64,000 nucleotides of DNA. It comes from an uncultured Gemmatimonadales bacterium. Its GTDB lineage: Bacteria > Gemmatimonadota > Gemmatimonadetes > Gemmatimonadales > GWC2-71-9. Location: assembly GCA_963716055.1 (NCBI GenBank), contig CAVQSR010000001.1, forward strand, positions 11,367 through 75,366. Reading direction: 5' to 3'. A model generated the notes under the pieces. The model was given only the letters and a program-made list of their open reading frames with translations, was not told the DNA's origin and made no database searches. Position 1 is the stretch's first letter. Each line of letters starts with the position of its first letter. Below, in pieces: positions 28,341-38,417 of this stretch. A program made the translations under genes and the position numbers.

Positions 28341-29282
28341 TCAGGGCTTGGGCCGCTTGGGTCGCGCGGCGGTTTTCTCCTTCTTCGCCGCCCGCTTCTT
28401 CGCCGGCTGAGCCGGGCGGGGCGCCGGCCGGTGGGCGGCCGACTCGGCGAGCGCGCGCCGGGTCGCCTCGTAGCCCAGCTCCACGTAGCGCTCCGCGCTG
28501 CTGCGCGCGAAGGTCGCCTCGGTCTCGTTCACGGCGCGCACCACCACGAGCTCGGGGCCGTCGGCCGGCCACGCCGCGATCGCCCGCTCGGACTGCTCCG
28601 CCATGAGGATGCGCATCGCCTCCCCGTGCGCCCGCACCATGGGCGGGATGGGGATGTTGCCGCCGCCGGGCGCGGGAATGTCGTCGAACCCCGGTCCCGT
28701 ATCGACCGCGACCACGCGGTCGGGCTCGAGCAGGCGCGCCGCGTCGATCGGCAGCACGGCCCGCAGGCCACCGTCGGCGTAGCGCCGGCCGTAGATCAGC
28801 ACCGGCTCGTAGTACAGCGGCAGCGCGCAGCTCGCCTCGAGGGTGAGCCGCAGCGGGAAGCCGTCCGTCACCTCGGGGTGGCGGGCGGCGAGCGCGCGGC
28901 TGCCGCAGAGGCGCAGCGTGCCCGTCGGCAGATCGGTGATCGTCGCGAGAAACGGGAGCGCCAGCCCGTCGAAGCTGTCCGCCGGCACGAGCCGCCCGAT
29001 CAGCTCCGCCAGCGGGCTCGCGAGCAGCAGGGCTTCCGCGAACACGCCGGCGACGAGCGACAGGGGGTTGGGAATCGCGACCATGTGGCGCGACGCCTCG
29101 CGCACCCGCGCGTGCACCTCGTCGTGACTCAGTCCGCTCGCGAATGCGGCGCCGATCACGGCGCCGAGTGACGTCCCGACCACGGCGTCGGGCGTCATGC
29201 CGGCCTCTGCGAGGGCACGCCACGCGCCGACGTGGGCGACGGACTTGGCGCCGCCGCCGCCGAACACGGCGACGGTTTTCAC
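28341..29282 (-). CDS. Patatin-like phospholipase
   Basis: GGGGAK, GTSLG, DGG; GTG overlaps the upstream stop. Confidence 0.9.
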   Translation of the reverse strand: MKTVAVFGGGGAKSVAHVGAWRALAEAGMTPDAVVGTSLGAVIGAAFASGLSHDEVHARVREASRHMVAIPNPLSLVAGVFAEALLLASPLAELIGRLVPADSFDGLALPFLATITDLPTGTLRLCGSRALAARHPEVTDGFPLRLTLEASCALPLYYEPVLIYGRRYADGGLRAVLPIDAARLLEPDRVVAVDTGPGFDDIPAPGGGNIPIPPMVRAHGEAMRILMAEQSERAIAAWPADGPELVVVRAVNETEATFARSSAERYVELGYEATRRALAESAAHRPAPRPAQPAKKRAAKKEKTAARPKRPKP

Positions 29283-29764
29283 TCCCCGCGACCCACGTCG
29301 AACCGGTGCTCCGCCACCCGATCCACCCGCCGCAGCCGGGCCCGCTCCCAGCGCCGCTTCTCTTCGTCGGTCTGGGGCACGAGCGGGGGCACCGGTTTGG
29401 GCCGGCCGTTCTCGTCCAGCGCCACATAGGTGACGTAACAGGAATTGGTGTGGCGCTTGTCGCCCGTGAGGATGTTCTCGGCCTCGATCTTGACGCCGAT
29501 CTCCATCGAGGTGCGGCCCGTGTAGTTCACGCGCGCGTACGCGGTGACCATTTCCCCGATGCGGATCGGCTCCTTGAAGTCCACCTTGTCCACCGACACG
29601 GTGACGCACGGACTGCGGGCGTGCCGGATCGCGGCCACGGCCGCCACGCGATCCACGAGCGACAGAATCACACCACCGAACACGTTGCCCAGCACGTTGG
29701 CGTGCTGCGGCATCATCAGCTCGGTCATCACGGCTTCGGAGTCGCCGGGGTAACGCTCGGACAT
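29279..29764 (-). CDS. Acyl-CoA thioesterase (hotdog fold)
   Basis: HANVLGNVFGG, VNYTGRTSME, YVALDENGRP. Confidence 0.92.
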   Translation of the reverse strand: MSERYPGDSEAVMTELMMPQHANVLGNVFGGVILSLVDRVAAVAAIRHARSPCVTVSVDKVDFKEPIRIGEMVTAYARVNYTGRTSMEIGVKIEAENILTGDKRHTNSCYVTYVALDENGRPKPVPPLVPQTDEEKRRWERARLRRVDRVAEHRFDVGRGE

Positions 29765-31578
29765 CAGTAATCCACCGGTCTGAGGTAATACTCTCCGATC
29801 GCCGTCTGGCTCATGACGGCGACGGTGGGCAGCTTGCGCTTCCAATGCGTCGACTCGAGGCGCCGGCGAACCAGCTCGATCTCCGCGGCCGTGAACCCGA
29901 GCGGCTCGATGTCCTCGGGCCGGGCCCCGCGCAGCAGGTGGTGCAGGATCCGGTCCACCTTCGGGTAGGCGATGCCGAAGTCGGCCTCGTCGGTCTGGCC
30001 TTGGACGAGATCCGCGGTCGCCGGCTTCGACACGATGACGTCGGGCACGCCGACGTGCCGCGCCAGCGCCCACACCTGCGTCTTGAACAGGTCGCCCAGG
30101 GGATTCACGGGCGGCGAGTCGTCGGCGTGCCAGGTGAAATACCCCAGCAGCCGCTCCGACTTGTTCCCGGTGCCGAGCGGCAGCGCCCCGTGCCGCGCCG
30201 AGAGGTCGAACAGGACGATCATGCGCTGGCGCGCCATCACGTTGCCGCGCCGCGTGGCGTCGGCGTCGGGCACGCCCTCGAGATACCCGTCCACTGCCGC
30301 CGAGATGTCCACCGTGACCTCCCGGATGCCGAGCTGGTCGATCACGAGCTGCGCGTGCGCCAAGGACTCGGGGCTCGACTCGCGATACGGCATACGCACG
30401 CCGATCACGTTCTCCGGCCCGAGCGCCTCGGCGGCGAGGAACGCGGTGAGCGAGCTGTCCACGCCGCCCGACAGGCCGACGATGCCCGTGGTGAACCCGC
30501 GGCGCCGCACGACTTCGTCCTTGAGGAACGCGACCAGCCACTGCCGCGCCAGCTCGCTGTCGAGATGCAGCGGGTCCTCGGTGTCGTCGGCGACCCCCAA
30601 CAAGGGGACGGGGGACGAGGGACGGGGGACGGGTGATACGCGCGTGGGGGTCGCTGGATCATACGTCGGGGCCGCGCTCGCACCCTTCCCCCTTCCCCCG
30701 TCCCCCTTCCCCAGGTCTGTGACGAGGTGCGGCAGCTGCGCCTCGAGGTCAGCCAGGAGCGGGGCGTCGGCCCGCGCGTGGGTCACCACGTCCGGGTCGA
30801 GCTCCCAGGTGAGCAAGGCCTCCTCGAACAGCGGCGCGCGCGCGACGAGCCGGCCCGCGGGATCGACGATGGCCGATCCGCCGGGGAATCCCTTCCCGCC
30901 CTCGAATCCGATCAGGTTCGCGAGGGCGACGTACACGCCGTGCTCCTCGGCCACGCCGCGCACCACGCGCTCCCAGCGCACCGTGCTCGCGGGCAGCGCC
31001 GCGCCGGTGGCATCTTTCGCGGTGCCCCGCGCGGGCGACGCGCTGGGCACGACGATGAGCCGGGCCCCCTGCACCGCCGCGATCGTCCCCGCCAGCGAGT
31101 GCCACAGGTCCTCGCAGATCAGCACCGCGGCGCGCCAGCCGAACCCCGTGTCGAACGCGCGGATTTCGTGGCCCTTCTCGACGAACCGCTCCTCGTCGAA
31201 CAGGCCGTACGTGGGCAGGAAGCACTTGCGGTGGACGTGGCGCACGTCGGCGCCGCCGTCGCCCAGCGTGGCGTAGAGGCACGAGTTGTAGAACCGGTGC
31301 TGGAACACTTCGTAGAAGCCGACCGCCACGTCGAGCGGCGGCCCGGTGCCGGCTCCGTGCAGGACGGCGAGGTCGCGCGCCAAGGTCCCCGCGGTCACGG
31401 CCACGTCACGCACCCCGCCCTCGACGAAGTAGCCCGATGTCGCGGTCTCGGGAAACACCACCAGGTCGATGCGTCGCTCGATCGCCGCCACCTGGCGCAG
31501 CACCCCGCCGATGCGGTCGAGGTTCGCCCCGTAGGCGCCCTTGGAGGGCCGGATCTGGGCGATGGCGATGCGCGGCAT
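29764..31578 (-). CDS. nadE: Glutamine-dependent NAD+ synthetase
   Basis: Nitrilase domain FPE/HRK/ICED fused to GLSGGVDS, GNVMARQRM, TGNKSE, PTAD-like motif. Confidence 0.94.
   Translation of the reverse strand: MPRIAIAQIRPSKGAYGANLDRIGGVLRQVAAIERRIDLVVFPETATSGYFVEGGVRDVAVTAGTLARDLAVLHGAGTGPPLDVAVGFYEVFQHRFYNSCLYATLGDGGADVRHVHRKCFLPTYGLFDEERFVEKGHEIRAFDTGFGWRAAVLICEDLWHSLAGTIAAVQGARLIVVPSASPARGTAKDATGAALPASTVRWERVVRGVAEEHGVYVALANLIGFEGGKGFPGGSAIVDPAGRLVARAPLFEEALLTWELDPDVVTHARADAPLLADLEAQLPHLVTDLGKGDGGRGKGASAAPTYDPATPTRVSPVPRPSSPVPLLGVADDTEDPLHLDSELARQWLVAFLKDEVVRRRGFTTGIVGLSGGVDSSLTAFLAAEALGPENVIGVRMPYRESSPESLAHAQLVIDQLGIREVTVDISAAVDGYLEGVPDADATRRGNVMARQRMIVLFDLSARHGALPLGTGNKSERLLGYFTWHADDSPPVNPLGDLFKTQVWALARHVGVPDVIVSKPATADLVQGQTDEADFGIAYPKVDRILHHLLRGARPEDIEPLGFTAAEIELVRRRLESTHWKRKLPTVAVMSQTAIGEYYLRPVDY
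30604..30712. repeat. Heptamer palindrome in frame in the nadE interdomain linker
   Basis: 4x RGGGACG at 30604-30631; CTTCCCC/CGTCCCC x4 at 30685-30712. Confidence 0.85.
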
Positions 31579-31704
31579 GCGACCGATAAGATGCGGCGGT
31601 GAGGCGGTCATGCGGTAGGGCGGAGGCTCCTTACTCCTTTCCTCAGGCAACCTTCACCCGCTCCGGCCGAGGTTGAATTCGTGCCCCCAGCACGGAGGAG
31701 CGCC

Positions 31705-32616
31705 ATGTCCTGGAAGCCCATCATAGCCGGCGTGGACGCATCGCCCGAGGCCGCCGCGGCCGCGGTGCTCGCCTCGCAGATCGCGCGGAAGGCCGGTACG
31801 ACGTGCCATCTCGTGCACGCCACCCGCGACGCGTGGGCGGCGGTCACCGCGGCCGACCTCCCCGAGCGGTTCGGCGAGCTCGACTTCTTCCTGCTGCAGC
31901 AGGCGCGCGAGCAGGTGGCGCAGTCGCTCGGGCTGCGCGTGCCCTCCGATCTCGTAACGGCCCTGAAAGTCGCGAACGGGAGGCCGCCGGTGGTCCTGAA
32001 CGACGCCGCCGCCGAGTTCGGCGCGGGGCTGATCGTTCTGGGGGGCAAGCACCACTCGACGCTGGGGCGCTGGCTGGGGGGGAGCACGAGCCACAACATG
32101 GTCCGCGCCGCCTCGGTCCCCGTCCTCGTCACCGCGGCGGAGACGCCGGCCATCGCTCGGGTGCTGGTGTCGGTGGATTTGTCGCCCGCCGCGCGGCCGA
32201 CACTCGAGCTGGCCGAGCGGTTCGCCGCGCTGTTCGGCGCCACGCTCCGCGCCATCAGTGTGCTCGAGCCCCTCCCGATCGTGCCCGAGGCGCCGCCGGT
32301 CAACATGCAGGAGTACTACGCGATGTGGGAGGAGATGCTGAAGCGCGACGTGTGGCCGTTGCTGCGCGCGCCCGGCATCGAGACCAGCGTGCGTCACGGC
32401 AACGTGATCGAGACGCTATTGCGCGAAGTGCACGAATGGCGCGCCGACGTGCTCGTGGTCGGCTCGCACGGCAAGAACTTCGCGCAACGGATGCTGCTCG
32501 GCAGCGTCACGGAACAACTGCTCAACCACCTGCCGACCGCGATGCTGATCCAGCCGGTCGGCGCGGTGCAGAACGAGTCGGCGGACCGATCGGCGGAGCA
32601 GCTGGCGACGGCGTGA
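31705..32616 (+). CDS. Tandem-domain universal stress protein
   Basis: IIAGVDAS, GSHG...LLGSVT; two USP domains. Confidence 0.92.
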   Translation: MSWKPIIAGVDASPEAAAAAVLASQIARKAGTTCHLVHATRDAWAAVTAADLPERFGELDFFLLQQAREQVAQSLGLRVPSDLVTALKVANGRPPVVLNDAAAEFGAGLIVLGGKHHSTLGRWLGGSTSHNMVRAASVPVLVTAAETPAIARVLVSVDLSPAARPTLELAERFAALFGATLRAISVLEPLPIVPEAPPVNMQEYYAMWEEMLKRDVWPLLRAPGIETSVRHGNVIETLLREVHEWRADVLVVGSHGKNFAQRMLLGSVTEQLLNHLPTAMLIQPVGAVQNESADRSAEQLATA

Positions 32617-32646
32617 GCGACTCACCGTCACCAGCGAGGCGCGAGT

Positions 32647-33075
32647 TTACGCGCCCGCGACCTCCGCGAGCACCCGCGCGATCCGCTCCCGTACGTCCTT
32701 CGCGAGCGGCTCGATCGCCTCGTTGCCGCTGAGGCGCAGCTGCTGCTCGGGATCGAGCGCGGCGACCACGACCTTCTCACCCGGCGGCGCGTACACCACC
32801 AGATTGCACGGCAGCAGCAGCCCGATGTCGGGCTCGGCGGTGAGCGCCCGGTGCGCCAGGGGCGGATTGCAGGCCCCGAGGATCACGTAGGGCGGGAAGT
32901 CCACGTCGAGCTTGGCCTTCAGCGTCGCGCGCACATCGATCTCCGTGAGCACGCCGAATCCCTCGCGCTTCAGCGCCTCGCGCACCGCCGCTACTGCCCG
33001 GTCGTAGGACAGTGTCACCGTGGCGCGCAGGCCGTACGTGGTCTGGCGCGGCGTGGCGGCGTTCCGTCCGGTCAT
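32647..33075 (-). CDS. DUF302 domain protein
   Basis: EGFGVLTEID, ILGACNP, LLLPCN. Confidence 0.92.
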   Translation of the reverse strand: MTGRNAATPRQTTYGLRATVTLSYDRAVAAVREALKREGFGVLTEIDVRATLKAKLDVDFPPYVILGACNPPLAHRALTAEPDIGLLLPCNLVVYAPPGEKVVVAALDPEQQLRLSGNEAIEPLAKDVRERIARVLAEVAGA

Positions 33076-33284
33076 CGGTTCTCCTTCACTACGAACGACA
33101 CGCGCACGTTGGCGCGGAATTCGGCGACCTTGTTGTTCTCCACCGTGCACGAGAAATTGTCCACCCATACCGTCTTCACTTCCTTCACCGTCTTCGCCAC
33201 TTCCTGCACGGCATTCCGTACCGCGTCGTCGAACCCCTTCTCCGACTGCGCGATGACCTCGATGACCTTCACGATACTGGCCAT
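33072..33284 (-). CDS. Dodecin family protein
   Basis: KVIEVIAQSEKGFDDAVRNAV...FRANVRVSF. Confidence 0.9.
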   Translation of the reverse strand: MASIVKVIEVIAQSEKGFDDAVRNAVQEVAKTVKEVKTVWVDNFSCTVENNKVAEFRANVRVSFVVKENR

Positions 33285-33550
33285 GATCCGAGCCTCCGTT
33301 TCGGTTGCGGTTCGATCGTGTCCATCGTACCTACCCGCTCGTGAGGATGCGGTCAAGGCAGCATGATGCTCCGCTCACGCGCCGCGCCGGCCGACAATCT
33401 GTTGTCCCTCATGCGGTTTGGGCCGAGCGCGCGGGCGGACGCGGACGGGGAAGGCCGACGCCCGGCCCGGCGCGCGCCTCACGCCCGATTCACTTGCGCT
33501 TCACGCCCGAGAGGGTACGGTATCCCGAGGCGCGTCCGTTGGGGGCAGGA

Positions 33551-34861
33551 CTGATATTCGCGGACCGGGCGGACGCCGGCAACCAGCTGGCGGCCCGCCT
33601 CGAGAAGTACCGGACGGAGCAGCCCGTCGTGCTCGCACTACCGCGCGGCGGTGTCGTCGTGGCCGCGGCCGTGGCGCGCGCCCTCGGCGCGCCGCTCGAC
33701 GTCATCGTCGTGCGGAAGCTCGGCGCGCCCGGCAATCCGGAGTTCGCGATCGGCGCCATGGCGCGCGGCGAGATGGTCCTCAACGAAGAGATCGCACCCG
33801 ACCTGCTGCCCCCCGGCTACCTCGACCGCGTGATTCAGAGCGAAGCGCGCGAGCTCGACCGCCGCGAAGGCGTGTATCGCGGCGGCCGCGCGCCGGTGCC
33901 CGTCAAGGACCGCACGGTGATCGTGGTGGACGACGGCCTGGCCACGGGCTCGACCGCCGCGGCGGCGGTGAAGGCGCTGCGGCGTCTCGGACCCCGCCGC
34001 ATCGTGCTGGCCGTGCCGGTCGGCGCGGGTGACTCGGTAGCGCGGCTCGAGCGCCTCGCGGACGAGGTCGTCTGCCTCCACACCCCGGCCGACTTCCGCG
34101 CCGTGTCCCTGTGGTACGACGTGTTCGACCAGACCACCGACGCCGCCGTGGTGGACCTGCTGGCGAGCGCCGGGTGCGGCCGCGCACGGGGGCGGAACGT
34201 GACGCGCGCGCCGACCCGGTCCGTGCACGCCGCGATCGCGGCCGACGGCACGACGCTGACCGGGGCGCTCGAGCTGCCGCCACAGCCCACGGGGGTCGTG
34301 CTGTTCGCGCACGGATCGGGGTCGAGCCGCCTCAGCCCGCGCAACATCGCGGTCGCCGAGGTACTGCGCGCCGCGGGTGTCGGCACGCTGCTGTTCGACC
34401 TGCTGACCGACGCCGAGGCGAACGACCGCGACAAAGTGTTCGACATCCGATTGCTCGCCCTGCGCCTGCTCCATGCCACCGACTGGGTCGAATCGCAGCT
34501 CGAGACCACCGGCCTGCCCATCGGCTACTTCGGCGCGAGCACCGGCGCCGCCGCGGCGGTCGTCGCCGCGACGCAGGCGGGGCACATCCTGCGAGCGGTG
34601 GTGTCGCGCGGCGGGCGCCCCGACCTGGCGATGGAGTTCCTGCCGTCGGTCACCGTGCCGACGTTGCTCATCGTGGGCGGCGACGACACGGTGGTGCTCG
34701 ACCGCAACCGCAAAGCGCTCGAGCGGTTGGGCGGAGTGAAGCAGCTCAGCGTGATCCCCGGCGCCTCGCATCTGTTCGAGGAGCCGGGGACGCTGGAAGA
34801 GGCCGCGCGACTGGCGGCGGAGTGGTTCGCCACGTACTTGGCGAGCGACGGCCACCAGTAG
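33551..34861 (+). CDS. Phosphoribosyltransferase fused to a dienelactone-hydrolase-like domain
   Basis: FADRADAG, ALPRGG, VDDGLATG; FAHGSGSSR, GASTG, VVSRGGRPD, HLFEE; start CTG 33551 or TTG 33539. Confidence 0.88.
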   Translation: MIFADRADAGNQLAARLEKYRTEQPVVLALPRGGVVVAAAVARALGAPLDVIVVRKLGAPGNPEFAIGAMARGEMVLNEEIAPDLLPPGYLDRVIQSEARELDRREGVYRGGRAPVPVKDRTVIVVDDGLATGSTAAAAVKALRRLGPRRIVLAVPVGAGDSVARLERLADEVVCLHTPADFRAVSLWYDVFDQTTDAAVVDLLASAGCGRARGRNVTRAPTRSVHAAIAADGTTLTGALELPPQPTGVVLFAHGSGSSRLSPRNIAVAEVLRAAGVGTLLFDLLTDAEANDRDKVFDIRLLALRLLHATDWVESQLETTGLPIGYFGASTGAAAAVVAATQAGHILRAVVSRGGRPDLAMEFLPSVTVPTLLIVGGDDTVVLDRNRKALERLGGVKQLSVIPGASHLFEEPGTLEEAARLAAEWFATYLASDGHQ

Positions 34862-35053
34862 GCCAGCCCCGCATTCCGTCGTACAGTCCTCCATTCCCGG
34901 CGCCCCCGGGACGCGCCCGTACGTCCACAACGGCTGGATAACGGCTGCCTGACACCCACGTGACGCCCGCTCTCTAGGCTGAAACGTCAACCACCCGACT
35001 CGCAACCACGCGACTCGGGGCGGCGGGCAACTCAGCAAAGGGAGGGTAGGCGT

Positions 35054-36302
35054 ATGGAAGCTCATCTGAGACTGCGGCCGCTCGTCACCCTCGGGGTGCT
35101 GGCGGTCGGCCTCGCGGCCTGCGAACGACCGCTGCCGCAGGAGGCGACAGCGGCCGTGGAGCCACCGCTGTTCTCGCACCGGTTCTACGACCAGCGCAGC
35201 TCGACGGGGATCCGCTACGCGGATGTCGGCAACGGGCGCCCGATCGTCGGGTACATGGTCGTCCATGGGCTCAACTCCCGTGGCGAGATGGTGGGTCACG
35301 AGGTGCTCTTGACGGGGGACCAGGGCCCTGGAAAGAGCTGGTTCTGGTCCAGGCACGGCGGCTGGACTGACCTGGGGTCGCTCGGGGCGGGTGGGACCGA
35401 GGCATACGGCATGAACGCGCGAGGCGAAGTCGTGGGCGTCAGCGACGGGCGGCCGTTCCGGTGGAGCAGGACGTCCGGGATGACCGATCTCACGACGCTC
35501 GGCCTTCCGGCCACCGCGGTCCCGCTGGGCGTCAATAAGCGAGGCGCCGTCGTGGGCTACTGGCAGCTGGACGCCGCCACCTGGCATGCATTCCTCTGGA
35601 CCAAGCGTCGTGGCCTGGTCGACCTCGGGTCACTCGCGCCCGGCGACGCCGACATCGGTGCGACGGCCATCAACGATGTCGGTGAGGTGGTGGGTTACAG
35701 CGGCGCGACGTACGCGACGGCCCGTGCGTTTCGCTGGACCCGGGAAACCGGGATGGTGGACCTGGGCACCCTTGGCGGGGCACAGACCGTCGCGCAGGGC
35801 ATCAATCGCTGTGGCGAGATCGTGGGTTTCGCGCGGGATGGCTCAGGTCAATCGCGGCCCTTTTTGTGGAGCGACCACACGGGGATGGTCGACCTCGGCA
35901 CCCTGGGCGGTTCGAGCGGCGTAGCCACCGCTATCAATAACAAGGGGCACGTGGCCGGCTACGCGAACGACGCGGCCTGGCATCCGGTACGGGTTCGTGT
36001 GGAGCAGGACGAGGGGCATGATCAATCTCGGAGCCGCCAGCGTTCCCGGGCCCCCGTTCTTCGGTTTTATCTTGTCGGTGGGCTGGACCATCAACGACCG
36101 CGATCAGGTCGCAGCGGCGCTGGTTGTGCCCGACCCCGCCATGACGACGATAGCGCTGTTCGACGTCGACGATCTCGTATCCGGCGACGACAGAGACGAG
36201 GACCGCTGCGAAGCCCGCGAACGGCGGGCCGACCGCGATCACGACGACGACGAGCGCGATGGTCGCGATGGCGAGCGTGACGGCCGCGAGCGCGACAATT
36301 GA
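35054..36302 (+). CDS. Extracellular HAF-repeat lipoprotein with one frameshift near 35977
   Basis: GLAAC lipobox; repeated AF.W..GM.DLGTLGG..A..IN..G.VVG; last repeat and acidic tail in ORF 35997-36302. Confidence 0.8.
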
Positions 36303-36383
36303 TCGACTGACGTGATTGCGCGGGCGTCGTGCGGCGGCTGGGCCGCGGCGCGACGCCCCGCGCGGTGCGCTGCTCGCCTGATA

Positions 36384-36980
36384 CTATTGCCGCTGCGGCC
36401 CCGGCCCGTGCCCCATGCCCGGTGCCATGCCGCCGGGCTGCGCGCGGTGCGCCTGCATCGCGTCCACCCAGCCGTCCACCCGCGCCCGCTGCACCTCGGT
36501 GAGCACCCCCTTCGCCTGCACCGCCGTGCGCAGCATGGTCCAGTGCGCGTTGCCCATCGCCGTGTGATGCGCCATGAACGCGGCGCGCACGGCGGCCGTG
36601 TCGGTCGATCCCGCGAGCCGGGCCAGCGCTTCCATGTGCTGCATCGCGAGCGCGTGCTGCGCGTCGTGCGCGCCCTTGGCCGCGTCGCGCAGCTGGGTGA
36701 TGCGCTGCGCCTGCTGTGGCGTGAGGCCGAGCGCCGCCTGGCGCTCGAGGAGATGATCCGGATTGAAGACGATCGTGCGGGCCAGGGGTCCGTCCATTCC
36801 CATCATCATCATGCCCATCGCCCCGCCCCCGCCCATGCGGGGACCCTGCGGCGCCGGGCAGTGCTCGCCCATGCACTGCGGGCCCGGCCCGTGACTCCGG
36901 GGCCGCATCGAATCCTGCTGGGCGGCGAGCGGTGCCGCGACGAGCAGCATGGTCGCCGACGCCAAAGCAACGTGCTTCAT
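36384..36980 (-). CDS. Spy/CpxP/ZraP-like periplasmic protein, Met/His-rich
   Basis: Signal peptide, LGLTPQQ and VLTEVQR (LTxxQ) motifs. Confidence 0.75.
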   Translation of the reverse strand: MKHVALASATMLLVAAPLAAQQDSMRPRSHGPGPQCMGEHCPAPQGPRMGGGGAMGMMMMGMDGPLARTIVFNPDHLLERQAALGLTPQQAQRITQLRDAAKGAHDAQHALAMQHMEALARLAGSTDTAAVRAAFMAHHTAMGNAHWTMLRTAVQAKGVLTEVQRARVDGWVDAMQAHRAQPGGMAPGMGHGPGPQRQ

Positions 36981-37071
36981 CCTATTCCTCCGGAAGACGT
37001 GAGATCGGTGTCGCCAGGACTACCTACCTCCGGTGGCCTGCAGCGGTCATGAAGCGTCGATGAACGGCGCC

Positions 37072-37899
37072 TCATGGTCGTCTGGCGTCGGGCACGAACA
37101 GGCCCTGACCGAAGCGCGACCGCCCGAATGCATCGATGCGCGCCTGCGTCTCCGCCGAGACGAGAAAATCCGCGAGCGCGTCGCCGCCGGGGCCGTTGAC
37201 CCGCGGGGCATTGCGGGGATTCACCACCAGCACGTGATACACGTTGTCCAGCACGCTGTCGCTCTCGACCATCGGCACGAGCGCGACGCGGTCGCGCCAC
37301 ACGAGGTAGGTGGCCCGGTCCACTAGCGTGTACGCGGCCGTTTCGTCGGCGATCTGCAGGGTCTCGCCCATTCCCTGGCCCGCCTCCACGTACCACGCGC
37401 CCGGCCCCGGCGGCACCACGGCCGCCCGGCGCCACAGTCCCAGCTCCATCTCGTGGGTGCCGGAGCGGTCGCCGCGGGAGACGAAGCGCGCTCCCGCGAG
37501 GCGGCGAAATGCGGCGACCGCGTCGTTCATGCCGCGGACGCCCGCGGGGTCGGCGGCGGGACCCACGACGAGAAAATCATTGTGCATCACGCGCAGGCGG
37601 CGCGTGAAGTACCCCGAGTCATACAGCGCCCGCTCGGCCGCCGGCGCGTGCGACAGCACGACGTCCGCGTCGCCGCGCCGGCCCATGGCGAGCGCTTGCC
37701 CGCTGCCGACGGCGATCACCCGGACGCGGCGGCCGGACCGCCGCTGGAAGTCCGGCAGCAACGAGTCGAGCAGCCCCGCGTCCCGCGTGGACGTCGTGGT
37801 CGCGAGCACCACGTCCTGGGCCGGCAGGCCGGTGGCCACCAGGGCGCCGAGGGCCATGAGGACGGCCCTCCCCACCGCGCGGTTGTGTCGCGGGCGCAT
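37072..37899 (-). CDS. tupA: Tungstate ABC transporter substrate-binding protein
   Basis: LATTTS, AVGSGQAL, MHNDF, SRGDRSGTH, GQGMG. Confidence 0.9.
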   Translation of the reverse strand: MRPRHNRAVGRAVLMALGALVATGLPAQDVVLATTTSTRDAGLLDSLLPDFQRRSGRRVRVIAVGSGQALAMGRRGDADVVLSHAPAAERALYDSGYFTRRLRVMHNDFLVVGPAADPAGVRGMNDAVAAFRRLAGARFVSRGDRSGTHEMELGLWRRAAVVPPGPGAWYVEAGQGMGETLQIADETAAYTLVDRATYLVWRDRVALVPMVESDSVLDNVYHVLVVNPRNAPRVNGPGGDALADFLVSAETQARIDAFGRSRFGQGLFVPDARRP

Positions 37900-37940
37900 T
37901 CCGTTATATATAGACCGCGACAGGGGGATCCCCGAGGTCC

Positions 37941-38417
37941 ATGAGTCGTCTCCTCGACGCCGTCAGGGGCGTCGCCAATGCCTGCGAGCCCGTCCCGGGC
38001 CTCGTCACGGGTGGTCAGCCCACCGTTCAGCATCTCGCCAGACTCAAGGAAGCCGGATGTGAGGTCCTGCTCGACATCCGCGACCCGATGGAGTCGCGTC
38101 CGTTCCGCACGCCCCAGGACGTGCACGCGGCCGGCCTCGAGTACGTCAGCATCCCGGTCGGACACGTCGCCGTGCCGCAGGCGACGTTCACCCGAGTGCG
38201 CGAGACCGTGCGTGACCTGGTCGCGGCGGGCCGCACCACCCTGTTCCACTGCGCCAGCGGCAATCGGGTGGGGGGGACGATGATCCCGTTCCTGATGCTG
38301 GACCGCGGTCTCAGCGAGGAGGACGCGGTGATGGAAGCGATGAAGATGGGGACGCGGAGCGCCGACCTGATCGAGCACGCGCTGGCCTACGTGCGGCGGC
38401 AGCAGGGCGAGTCCTAA
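37941..38417 (+). CDS. DUF442/phosphatase-like (PTP-fold) protein, possible sulfurtransferase
   Basis: GGQPT, HCASGNR CX5R-like loop. Confidence 0.8.
   Translation: MSRLLDAVRGVANACEPVPGLVTGGQPTVQHLARLKEAGCEVLLDIRDPMESRPFRTPQDVHAAGLEYVSIPVGHVAVPQATFTRVRETVRDLVAAGRTTLFHCASGNRVGGTMIPFLMLDRGLSEEDAVMEAMKMGTRSADLIEHALAYVRRQQGES

Noticed and set aside
34862-35053. Known riboswitch upstream of the HAF gene
   Set aside because: Only a weak hairpin is visible; no c-di-GMP or other aptamer consensus recognised.
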